In this document: positions 35,651-48,700 of the stretch, one piece after another
Layout of the letters: each line of letters opens with the position of its first letter
How positions within the stretch are numbered: position 1 is the stretch's first letter
Source: Adineta vaga
Lineage: Eukaryota > Animalia > Rotifera
Assembly (NCBI GenBank): GCA_021613535.1
Contig: CP075492.1
Location: 7,130,001-7,194,000, forward strand
DNA length: 64,000 bases
Direction of reading: 5' to 3'
Notes under the pieces: generated by a model
What the model was told of the DNA's origin: nothing
Seen by the model: the letters and a program-made list of their open reading frames with translations, nothing else
Database searches by the model: none
Program-made: the position numbers and the translations under genes

Positions 35651-37033
35651 TTATTTTTCCCATCGTCTCATTGATCGTTTGCATGCATTGTCATTGAAAT
35701 GAGTTCTCGGACGTTTGAAATTCGAATGATTAGAATAAGATGATGAACGATATTGATCCTCCTGTTCATCATCATAATAATGATCCGATGGTTTATTCGA
35801 ACTTATATAACGTTGATCCATCGATTTTCCCATTTCATAAGTTCTCGATCGATAATCGATTTCTCGCACAGATGGAAATGCTTGAATATATTGCTCACGA
35901 GTGGCACTGTATAATGAAGAAGAAGACGAAGAAGTTAATGGTAGTGATGATGATGATGATGAAGATAGTGGAATGCTTGATGACGTTCGATATGAATCAG
36001 GATGGTAAACAGACGATGGGACAGAAACAATTGCATAATCTCTTGATGAACAATTCCGTTTTGCTATAAGTAGAATTAATGAAATTTTTTTACTTGAAAT
36101 GAAATTACAAAATTAGTAAAGTAGTTTTTAACGTCTTAACGATCAGATCAAATTACCCGAGGTATAGACCGATTATATCCGGTCAACAGAGATACGAATC
36201 ACTTATTAATGAGCATAGAATATAAACAATGACTGTGTGAACAGCTTGAGATTAATAACAACAACAACAACAACATATCTTCCTGATATTACTTACGCGT
36301 GATATCATATCGCTCAGAACGACTGTTGTAATCATTTGTTTGATATGTGTCGTTGTACGTATCTGTATTACTACGTAGAGTCACAGGTGTTTGTGAATGA
36401 TATTCTTTATGAATATATGAATCATTATGATTACTGCGAGGAATATACTCATCTCGATAAGATGAAGATGTTGATGGTAGAGGAGAAATATCTCGCCTAT
36501 GAGAAAAAGAAGAAGAAGAAGATTGATTTAGAATACATTTACGCAGTTTTGACAATTCTACCGATAAGTTGCAGATGAAGATAATGATGATGGGTGATAT
36601 CGATTGCGTTCTGAATTGGTATAATGAGAGAATGAATTATGATCACGAGTTGATGATGAATTGTAATAGAGGGCAGTTGGAGATAGACCACCGGAGAGAT
36701 TGTTTAATAATGGTGTGTATATATCATGATTAGTCTTATGACGATCTAATCGAGTTGATGGATAATTCAAAGGATCATTCGATGTTCGATTTGAAGGTGA
36801 ATAATCTTCTTTCGGATAACGATGCGGTTTTTCTAAGATATGTGATGGTAAATTTCCATTAGTACGAATATGATAATCATCCTTACTGGAATAATCGGAT
36901 GTATAATAAAAATGAGTTTGATCGAAAAGGAATTTTCTTACCGATAGTTTCGACGTTTAAATCGTTCATTATATAATTTCCTTCCACGTTGAGAACGATA
37001 TCCATTTCGTGAACGTTCTATATCGACACGCAT
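35651..37033 (-). CDS. Uncharacterised Arg/Ser/Tyr/His-rich low-complexity protein
   Basis: Four exons join in frame through GT-AG introns: MRVDIERSRNGYRSQRGR..; ..SSSATYR|RDISPLP..; ..YDITP|KRNCSS..RSMRRWEK*. No recognised domain. Confidence 0.7.
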
Positions 37034-37740
37034 CTTTTTTTGTTAGCAATAAATCGAGCACGAATAAGACAAACAACTGACGTGTATATGAATGAGAATA
37101 TCTGGAACAGATGTGGCAGGGAAAGAAGGAGAAAACGTCGAAGATAATCTATATTCTATTTCTTCTATCATCATTGGAAAAGGCGAAGAAAAAAACACTC
37201 TCGATGATCGTCATTTATGCATACGAACAGAATGTAAGGCAATCATTTGCCGAACTGATAGAAGATTGAAAGGGCACATAGATCAAACCGGTGTGTGGAT
37301 GATTAATAGAGACGAGAAATATCGCCATTGCCTTAAAGCTTTTCTATTCGTCAATATCAGAATACTTGAATAATAATTCAGTGTGTTTCCTACACACGCC
37401 GTGCTCGAAATTTAATGTTTGAATATATTTTTGTTTCTTAGTAAAAGACAAGAAATACAAGATAGAATAGATATGTAGCGAAAAAAAGAGCAAGAAAAAG
37501 AAGAAGAAGAAGAAGAGAGAGGAGAAAAGCCAAAAATGTGTAACATTCTGTCAAAGAATATTTGTTGTTCATGAACAAGAAGAAGAGAAAAAACACGTTA
37601 ACACGTACAAATCTGTCGTTGAGGATGATTTATTTACATGAAGAATCTTAGAAGAGATGGTGGAAAGTGAAAACATAGATAACACAAGACAAAACTAGAA
37701 GGAGAAGAAGAGAAGAAGGAAAACGTCGTTCACGGTGTAT

Positions 37741-40700
37741 TTAAGCATAGATTTTGGCGATAGAATCGGCTCCTACACTAGCCATATAAGGTTTAGAGGA
37801 ATGAAATGCAATATCATGTACAGATTCATCATTTTTCTTTTGATGTGCCGTTAATTCTTGAATACAAGTTTTATTTTCAAAATCCCACAGACGGATTGAA
37901 CGATCATGACTGCCAGATAGAAGACAAGTTTGTTGAGGATCAATAGCTAAACATGTAACACTATCGAGATGAGCGACCATTGAATGGATCATACGACCTA
38001 AATAAAATCAATGAATTCAAATAAAGATTGTGATTTTTTGTTTTCTTACCAGAATTACTATCAAAATATCGAATTTTTCGATCGTCATGAGCAGTAATAA
38101 TCATTGGTTGAGATGGATGACTTATTAATCGATTTATACGATAATTAACATCTCCAGATGAACTTTCATCATTAACAAGTTCTCTCAACATTTTACCAGT
38201 TTCAGTATCAAAGATACAAGTTTTAAATGTATCATAAGTAACAACAAATTGATTTGTATCTTGCATTAACCAATCAATAGATATCGGAATGCCTTCACCT
38301 AAAAAAACTCGTTTTAAAAGAAAAGCTTTTACATAATCATTGCTATTTACTAGAATATGTTGATTGTAATGGTTGAGATAAGCTTGGATCCCATAAACGT
38401 ACAGTTCTATCAGCTGAACATGACAATAATTTCTGACCGGATATCACTAATTGCCAAACAGCATCTGTATGACCATCTAACACTTTATGTAACACAGTTG
38501 AATCTATTGAAAGAAGAATAAGAAACTTATTTTTTGAAAAAAGACTTCAAGAAATTTATACCGTATGCATCGTAGGAATCAACTTCTGAACTAGGAAGAT
38601 TCCAAACGGAAATAATCGAATCAAGACCACCACTGTAGCATTGTTCGCCAGATGGATTCATTGTCAAGCATAGTACAGGACCACTAGAAAACATTCGAAT
38701 CTTTTTATTTCTATGTAAAGATTCTTTAGAAAATAAAAACTTTCAGTATAGCATCCTAGATTTCAAGAAAAAAGATTGATTAATTAAAATAGTAAGTTCG
38801 TATTAGTTGAGATTGATATTCTGTATCTAATAATCAAATTAACAGTTCGAATAGAATTTGTTTATTTATAGAAGTCGTTCGAAAAGGTTAACTTTTTCTT
38901 TCTATTGGACATAGTTGTATTAAAAATTCTTCGAACTATGTATTTCATAGAACTTACGTATGCCGCCGAAATGTATAAACTGGTTCAAGATCTTGCGCTG
39001 TCGTTGTTGATCTAAAACAAAGATTTTCTTGTAAAATTCTTTTTATTCGATCGAACTCTTTGCTAACTTTCTCATCAAAGCTGATTTTTCTAAATTCCAT
39101 AGTTTCAATGTTCGATCTTCGGATCCAGTTATAACAATTGATTCAACTGGATGAAACGCTAAACAACGTACGCCATCCAAATGACTAAAGAAAAAATATG
39201 ATAGATTTTTGTTCGATGAACTTTTCAAAATACCTTCGTAAAGCATATTTAACATTCCAAGTTTTTCGAGAATCTGATGAATCATTAGTTGTTGTCTATT
39301 ACAAAGAAAATATGAAGATTTTTATATGAAAAAAACAAAAACTAAGAAATAATTATCATACATCGTCTTGAGTTTCATTATCATTAGAAACAGTGACACG
39401 TGCTAATTCATCAAGACCTTCGATTGGATTATCTCCCATGAAATTTTTACTATTTCGAAACATCATTGAATCGACTAGAAATAAGAAGATGCAATTATGA
39501 TTGATATTTTCATTATTTTACTTTGTTCATCTTCGGAAAATGTTCGTTGATCTGAAGGAATATCATCACTTCCATTATTTAATAGACTTTTTCGAATCGA
39601 TGCGGATGTTGCACTCGTTATTGTTGTTGATTGATATGCTTGTTTAATATGACGATCACGTTTATATTCTTCTTTTAGACGATTTATTCGTGATGGATCA
39701 ACATTCCATTCATCATTACCTATTTTTGTAAGTAAATATAAATGATTATGTTAACTTATTTCATTTTCTTTTATACCAGCTGAATTAAGCTCATTGATGC
39801 TTAAGCCAGTTGAGGTAGTCGCAGCATCACCACTAAGAAAATCAAATTCATGTAAAGCAGCTTCTTCACTATCAAGATCATTGAGTGAATCAAGTGCAGA
39901 ATTTAGATGATTCGTATTAGATGGATTACCATGATTAGATTTCAAAATGATACGATTCGTATTCAAAGAATCATCACTAAAATGGCAAGAAAATTGGTTA
40001 TGTCTTTCGTAGGTTAAATATCTTACTTGGAATCTTCATCATTTGGATCTTCTTTAAGAAAATCTAATGAAGCAAGAGATTTATCAAATTCATTTGCAGC
40101 ATTCTTAATTATATTAGGAATGATTCTAAAAACAAAACAAAAATTTTAAGTTCATTATTTATTTCATCGTAAATAGATTCAAGTATGATGTAAATTTTCT
40201 CTTCAAATTACTATTTGACAAGGTAAATAGGTATTCTTAGGTTATTGCTTCATCGTGCATACACTACTCACAGGTCATATGAAACTTGATTAAAAAAAGG
40301 TGAAGGAAACATCACGTAAATATTATATTGAATAAAACGAAAGAATTGTACCGAAAAAAGAATTATAATGAGTTTTAATTAATAATTTTACAGTTTATTG
40401 AACAAGTTTCATATGATTCTTATATAAATATCTTATCATCTTGTCAAGAGATAACGAACGAGCTATCTATTCAGAAGAGATCTAGAACGTCCTTAAAATA
40501 GGTTTATTACTGAAATCACTATTCACCTTTTTGATTCATTCGTTGTTCTAATATCTCCATTTAAATTCAATGATGGTGAATTGATTGCATTATTTCCATT
40601 CAAATTAGTATCACTTTTAATTCCTAATAATTTCTTTACTGCTGTTGAACGAATATCAATAATTGTATCGACATAACCAATTTCTTTTAAATATCTAATA

Positions 40701-41386
40701 TAAATAATAGAAGAAAACGATTATCATTAGAAATATGTTGATTGAAGAAAAAAAGAAAGGGCATTGCTTACTGTCGAAGTAATTGACGACCTTGTTTAAA
40801 TGACACACTACTTCCACCGAATGTTAAACTTGAATCTTCTTTGTTTTCATCTAGTAAAGAAAGAAAAAAACTTATTCAGATGAAATATAGAACTATTATA
40901 GTTTACCGTCGACCACTTGTTCATCATTTAATGATGGTTTTTGATCTTCTGATGGAACAGTTTCACTGCCATATTTTAATTTATTAAATTTCAATCTAAA
41001 ATTATAATTCAAATTTAGAATAGATAAATTCTTGTTTATCAACCTTTCTTGTTTTAATGCATATTCAAGCATTTTAATTCGTCTAACGAGTGCACTTTTC
41101 AAGTTTTCTTGTCCTTGTCTTTCGCCTTGAAGAAAAGCGATTCGTGCCTAGAATTCAAAACATAGATAAACTCTTCTAGAAAAATATCTTTTTCCTTTAC
41201 TTGAAATTCTGCTCGTTCAGTTTCCCATTGTTGTCTTTCAATTTCAAATCTTGTCCATTCATGTTGTAGAAAATGAAGTATACCAGGTACTGTATAAAGT
41301 GAACGTTGAGGATCAATTGTACCCATATTCGATGCCGTTGTTTGACTATCGTTTTGATAAGATAACGGTGATTCACTTCCGTCCAT
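37741..41386 (-). CDS. STRN: Striatin family protein (STRIPAK scaffold)
   Basis: YTVPGILHFLQHEWTRFEIER..ARIAFLQGERQGQENLK..LVRRIKMLEYALKQER, GRQLLRQYLKEIGY.DTIID and C-terminal WD40 repeats. Confidence 0.95.
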
Positions 41387-42455
41387 TTGATTACATACTC
41401 ATGTAAATTTGGTCTTGATAGTTTTAATTTAACAATTGAGATTAAAATAAACAAATAAACAAGAAGAAGCGAAGAAGAAGAAAAAAAGTTTTCTTTTAAG
41501 CCTTGGTATTATTCGGACTGATAAGCAATCAGAAGAAAGAATTTTTTTCTCTTGCGATTTCTTTAGATAACATTTGCTTGTAACTAAGTTATAAACATTT
41601 ATTTGTGGAATATGTTTGTTAGAATATTTCACGCGACATCTATGTGGGAAAACGACAATTGATATTGAAATAGACTGACCTCTTCTTTCCGTTCGTATAT
41701 TCATATTTTTCTATTACAAATAAAAGAGTAATGGTAATATTCATCATGTATATTACATACCAAGTTTCATTGAGTTAGAATGTACGAATTTTAGCTAGTA
41801 CAGCTTTATCAAAACGAACGAAGGTAAAATACCAGTTTTCAAATCGAAAAACGATATGAAGTTTATATAAGAGGAAGTAATTGTTGATGTGAATATCCAG
41901 GCATAGTCATATAGAATAATATAGATGTGAATATATTCCGTTTTTTAAATACTGTTTCATTATTTAATCAGATTTATTAAAAGTTAATCGACACGCGAGC
42001 CCTTGTTTTACCATTCTTGTTTTAAATAAGAACTAAATATAAATGATTCAATAAATTTTTAATCGATATATTATAATCAACTATGTTTTTCGTCACTCAC
42101 CAACAGAAACTATTGTTGCAAAGTTTAATAATTAAACACATTAATATTTGAAGGTACATTTTTTGTGCTTATAAAAATAGTATTACAGTCCACAGAATTA
42201 CGTTCTTAAAAAAGCTTCTTTAAATGCCCCGAAACACTTTTATTTGACATTGTACGAAGTTCTTTACCGCGGATTAGCTCAGCGCTTAACTTCGTCTCGT
42301 AGAATCTCCTTACGGGTGATAATAGCATTCTGATGTTCTTTTTTAGTTCGAAAATTTTAAAAACAAGAATCTTTCTTCTGTTTTGTTAGTTTATTCACAA
42401 CTGATCAGAACAACAACAACAACAACAATAATAAAGTTTTATATTTGTTGTAGAC

Positions 42456-43439
42456 TCAATTTATATAAGTTGTCTGTCCACGAGTTTTGTTTATATCTAG
42501 TATTGGCCTGACAGAAGCAAAGATTTGTCGTAATTCTTTTCGAAAAGCACTTGATGTTGAAAAGACAAAGAATGAAGCTGCACTATAAAAATTCAAAAGA
42601 AAACCCGATGTTATGAATAAGACGAAATTTTCAATTGCCGTTCGTTCAGCTGATTTTGTTCCGCCAATAATTAAAACAGCAGCATTGTACAATGTATTCA
42701 ATGGATAAGATATAGTGAAAGACATGTAGACAAGAATTTGTATGAATAACATTTTGCTTAGTTGTCGATCACGTCGTTGAAGATTTGCTCTATCACCTGC
42801 ATTTTGTGTCGATCCTTCTTCTCCAGGATGAACACTACGTTTCATTTGTTGTAAATTTTTGAATGCTAAAAGACTAAAAATAATCATTGTACCTGTGGGA
42901 AGTATTGCCGCTACGAAACATATATAAATCGAATGATAAAGAGCTGCTGCACCTGTCCACATTAAACATTTACCATTTTGAATTGCTGTTAGTAATGGAA
43001 TATGTATTGGAATTATAAACCAAATAATGGGCACAACTAGAATAACACGTAATACAATTTTTGGTCGCGCCAATTCTCGTATTCGAGCATTTCGAGATGA
43101 TAGAGCATAACATGCGACACAAGCTAATGATAAATAGGCTCGAGAGATCACTAATAAAGCATTTCGAATGTACAAACGAAGTTTGCAATAAACCCAATCA
43201 GCATTTTCAGGTGGAGAATTGTATAATGAATGAATCGTGGGAATAATGAAATAAATCATAACCATAGCATTTGCAATAGATGAAGCAACAAATAGAATTG
43301 AACAAGGATTTGTTCGTAATCGTTTTCGAAGAAATACCATACAATTTAAAATATTACCAATCACTCCGATAACGAGAAGTCCACCTAAGGCATTGGTGAG
43401 ATAGAATTGAATGCTTGAAAGTGTAGCACTCACAGACAT
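42456..43439 (-). CDS. Intronless rhodopsin-like (class A) GPCR
   Basis: 327 aa with seven hydrophobic segments. GNILN in TM1, LRTNPCS, CKLR, RRDRQLSKML and SSAFRKEL. Confidence 0.9.
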   Translation of the reverse strand: MSVSATLSSIQFYLTNALGGLLVIGVIGNILNCMVFLRKRLRTNPCSILFVASSIANAMVMIYFIIPTIHSLYNSPPENADWVYCKLRLYIRNALLVISRAYLSLACVACYALSSRNARIRELARPKIVLRVILVVPIIWFIIPIHIPLLTAIQNGKCLMWTGAAALYHSIYICFVAAILPTGTMIIFSLLAFKNLQQMKRSVHPGEEGSTQNAGDRANLQRRDRQLSKMLFIQILVYMSFTISYPLNTLYNAAVLIIGGTKSAERTAIENFVLFITSGFLLNFYSAASFFVFSTSSAFRKELRQIFASVRPILDINKTRGQTTYIN

Positions 43440-45783
43440 GTTTTCTATTATATAGAAAAAGTTTACTTTTATGCTCTAAAGAAAAATGCGTTGAATGATA
43501 AAGTATGTATATATATGTTTTCTTAATAACTATTCATGCTAGGGTAACAAAACAAAGATTCAAATGATATTCTCTCAAAACTGATGGAAAATTAAGTTTT
43601 TCTTTACAGACTATCATGGTGATTACCTGATGTTATCGTATTATGGTTTATGAGATTATAAAAAGAATGTCGTTCATCATAATAAGTGTCACTAGAGACG
43701 ATGTATTTATAGACTACTGTAAAGCTTGTCTCTTCGAGCATGATTTTAGAGTATGTATCCACTTTAACAGTTTCACCACACTAAAACTTATTAACAATGA
43801 GACATTACAAACTCTAATGTAAGAACCTTTTTCTGTTTTCAAACTATTTCTCTGCCGTTAGACTCCTTTTATTATTGCTATTGTTCGTTCTAATAAAATG
43901 ACATTACCAGCTTACTAAAAGTCAATCTGCGTAGAACTGACTGTTTATTATCAACTTATAAAATGATCTTTTCTCGACTTAACATATCTAATAATATTCT
44001 TTGTCTACAAAGATGAATTTTACAAGTCCTAGTATGTCATGGACGAAGAAATATAAAGAACTTAATTCTCATTATTATTTATCTATGATATCTTAATAAT
44101 TGAAATAACTGAGAAATAATTCAGAGAGAGCAAATTCTCTTAGACGTTAGTCTATTTCACTACGATTCAGAAAATTCAATGTACTTTCCTCAAGTTTGTA
44201 GAATATGAGAGTATGAATAGATAATTTCGTCGAGAATAAAATAAAGAATAAATACTAGAATCAGTCAGAAATATCATTTAATGTGAAATGAGGGTTAAAA
44301 TGGAAGCAACGCTCGACGGAATACTCAGAATAATTTTTTAAGGTTCCATATCTGCATGCTTCTCTCACAAAGAGATTGTTTCTTTAGCGAAAAAAATCAC
44401 GTTATCGGAAACGGAAGCAGTATTTCACAGTATCCATCCAACAAAAATTGTCACGATGAAACTACTCGATTATCTTTCGGTTCATCTTCTTTTTACTGAA
44501 ACAAAAATTCTTTCGGGATAAATTATATAAGATGTTTGTATTTTTCATACGATTGTGATATTTCTCTCATATATATCTTGTGGAATATTGACATAGATTA
44601 TACATGACAAGAATACTTCCTAACTTTTAAACAAATACAAAAAACGCATCAAATATAATCGCATTGGTTTAATTCTATTTTTAACTAAAAATCTCCTCTG
44701 CACATGTTTGCATAGATGAACTTGATCAGTAAACAAATACATTTGACAAAATCGGCTTGGGAACAATTTCTGTTCCATACGATAAAAATAGCAAAAGCAG
44801 TTGGCACGAAATTATGATTTAGTCAACAATACATAATTGACATTACTCACATTTTTTAGGTCTCAAATCAAAAAGAAATAGGTCAAGATATTCTTCAGAT
44901 CGCACTTTTTACAGAATATGCGACAACAATGTCATGTTTTATTTTAGTGCTAAGTCAACAAATCATTTGACATCTATGTTGATGACTCGTGAACTTTGAC
45001 TATTGTTCCTCTTCAAAGTATGTTGGCATCAAATTATGATCAGAATTATTCATTTCTAAATGCCATCATTTCCCTTCATGTCAAAACAAAGAACATTTAC
45101 TAACGACTAGTTCACTAAAATAGAATTCCATTTTCTCTCATCTATTGATTCTAATTTCGCTTGAATTATTCAGAAGAAAGAAAATCTTTCTAATTGAATC
45201 AAGTACACTTGTTCCTTTGGATGTGTTCATTAACTTATGACTCGATGTTGAACTATGACGAGTTTAATTATTGAAAATAGATTGATTTATTTATGTTTCT
45301 TGCGCATATAGGCTTCTGAATTTAAAAAAAGAAGAAGATAAAGAAAAAAAAAGAAGAAGATAAAGAAAAAAAAAGAGAAAGAAAACAAACGAGAAAATAA
45401 AAGTTCAAAGCTCAGCTGTGTGAATAAAAAGGATAAACACGCACACGCACAAAATAGGCACAGCTGAGTTGCACAGGTTTCATATGATCATGATCGTCAA
45501 AATACTCTTGAATTGAAGAAAAAATAATAAGAAGAATAACCTGTTTTTCCAAAGACAAAACACACAAATATACAGAGACAATCGGGTTTTGATAGAATTT
45601 GGTTTTTTTTAGTAGAAAATAAAAAATAGAAAATACATTTGGTTTTTACAAGAATGAAGAAGAACATTTTCAAACATATACAGACTTTGTCTATATATAC
45701 GTATGTTTCGGGAATTGAAAAGACAAATTGGAACGAAAAGAAAGAACAAGTTTGTTATGTCTCTTTGAAGTTATGCAATGATT

Positions 45784-48700
45784 TTATTGATGATGAGAAG
45801 ATGGCATTGGTTGAACGATGAGTTCATCATCTTCCATTCCGTCACTATATGAACCAGCATCATCATCATTTTCCTAAAAGAAACAATAATTTCATCATCA
45901 AACTAAAGAAAGGACGATTTGTTTTACTTTATCCGAACATAATTCACCGGCTTTTTCTAATACTGATTTCGCACTTTGAGTTCGTTCAAGAAAATATCCT
46001 TGTGATTGATCATTACTTGTAACTTGTCCTTGGGAAGAATAAAATGATGGAATGTTATTTGGTCGCTAAATAAATCAATTTGTTAAGATTAGGTAGAAAC
46101 AAATTCGATAGAATTTACTTCAAGTTGATCTTGTAACCAACGAACAGCTAGTGTCCAACGTTGTTTAATATCTTGATCAGTTTGAAGAATTTCATAGGCC
46201 TTCGGACAACTAAATAATAAAAGAGAGAGAGAGAGAGGGAGAGAGCATTTTTTTCTCTCGAAAAATCCAAAGTCTATTGAATTTACTTGGTAAATAATTG
46301 TAATATTGTTTTAATAAATTGATACGCTCGTTTTTCATTATTAGATTTCGATTTTGCAAATACATCAAATAATGATTGAGAACTGTCATTATTAGTATAA
46401 TTAAATGATGTGGTTGATGAAGAACTCTCGTGAATGATTGGACTTGTCTCATTGATTATGGGAGTACCTCTCAATGCATATAAAATTCGAGCTTCTTGCC
46501 AAGAATCTTCTACTAACAGCACCGTATATAGAATATCAAGATGAGCGCGTAGATCACCCGAGTAGAACATTGAAGGCTTTACAGAGAAAGAACAAGAATA
46601 AAATCATATATTACGATGAAATTATGTAAAACTTACCGATCCTAAAATTTCACGCATCGCAAGTGATGTTATACGAGGATTTTCCCAAATTAGAAATCGG
46701 AGAAAACGAGATAAATCTTCGGATGAACTGGCATCTTCAATAACTTTCTTTAATAAATGATCTCGCTTATATAATAAATCAATAAATTCATTCGGAACTG
46801 GACAAACAGGAGTATTATTATAGGTATGATATGGATTGGGTAAGATTTTTCCATCAGACTAGATATATAAAAGAAATATATTTGCATTTTTCTTTTTTAC
46901 AAATGTCAAATCATCTATACTTGATTTGATTGACATAAAATTGAAACATCAAAACAACGAATCAATGTTGCAAGTATAATGGATAATTTCGATGGTTCAC
47001 CATAACGTTGAATTGATGTCGATGATAAATCATCATTTGCAATTTTTGCAAATATAATTGGAACATTCAAACGAATCAGTTGTTCACACTAGGAATTTCA
47101 AAAGAAAAAGAATATGAAATTCTGTCTTATTGTTTTATGGAAAAGAATCTTTCACATACTTCATAACGACCTTGAGATGAATAATTAATAAAAAATTGAA
47201 AATATTGTGCAGACATTTTCACACTATCTGGACCATCTTTTTTCAACAAACGTAAAACATTATTAAGAATCTTTTCTTCAACAGTCATTTCAACTAATTT
47301 CAATGAGAGAAAAAAGTTCAATCGATTTTTTATATTCATTAGTTTTATACATACCTATTAGACCATCGATATCTTGTTCATCTTGACGAGAATAACTAGC
47401 AAGTGTAACTAAGATTCGACCGAATGCATTACGAACCTATTCAATAAAAATTTCTTTTAAATTTCAATAAGAAAGTGTTCAAACTTACTTCTGGTGATGT
47501 ACAATCCATAAGATATTCATGAAAACGATTCGGATGTTTGAATAAAACTTCTTCAGTATAATATTGTCGAGCTTGACGAGAATATCGTAAACAATGAGTT
47601 ATCAAGTCAGTCCATTCGTTGGCTGCGCCACTGAAAAAGAGAGATTCATTTCTTCCATTGCAAAACTATGGATTGGAATACAAACCGAAGTGATTTCTTT
47701 GTATGCCAACCGACTGTAAAGAGAAATTTTGCCGCTATTTGAATACTAATCAATGCTAAATTTTCAATAGCCTGAAGAAAAAGGTGTTCTTATAAAGATA
47801 TATTGAACGAAAATATATAAAAAAAAGTTTACATTTATTGAATTGGTATCTTCCTCTTGCTGCTGCTGTTGTTGTTGTTGTTGTTGAACAAGTATTCCTA
47901 ATTGTTGTACATTACTATGTACAAGTCGTTTAATAAATAGAAAATATTCTTGACTGAATAGAATTCGATTATGAAGAAATTTAATATTTTGTTTTCGAAC
48001 ACTACGTTGAACTGATAATGGCATACGTTGATTTCGATCATCTAATATCAAAAAATACATGAGGAAAAATCAATCGAGTGAGAAATAACATACATATTTG
48101 TAATTGGGCTAAATCATTTTCAAGATTTTGTGTTGGATCAACATTATTTGTTGATATTTTTTCATAAAATAAGATATATGCATTCCACCAACGACGTTGT
48201 CTAAAAGAAATATCAAAATTTTAGGAAAAACAAATCTCATAGTAGTAAACGAAGTGAGTCATACCGTTTCATAACTGATTGATCAAATGGTGATGTTGAA
48301 TGATCTCCACCGAAACATTGCGAGCGAAGTTCTTCATCATCATTCATTTTACATTCACTTACATCAGTATCATCAAATTTATACCATTGAGAACTATTCG
48401 GATCATCCGATTCATCACTATCCATAGAAAGTTGAGAAATGTTTTCTCTTTTGAGAAGAAAAACGTTTTTGTTTCTTACTTATGTTGAATGAAAGAATAA
48501 TAATGGCCACCATTAGCTTGTCCCATATGAACGATAATACCAACAAGTTTATAACGTGTACCATCATTACTCGTCGCTTGATCATCTGTTGAATTTTCGT
48601 CAACTATTGGTGAACCTAGAGAGAAAGAGAGAGATTGAGAAATACAGTAGGCAACAATCGAGTTATTTACCTTCTGCTTTTGCAAGACCTTGTACTGTAT

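Noticed and set aside
42268-42312. tRNA-like start GCGGATTAGCTCAG
   Set aside because: There is no properly spaced T-arm/B-box, and no cloverleaf can be built.
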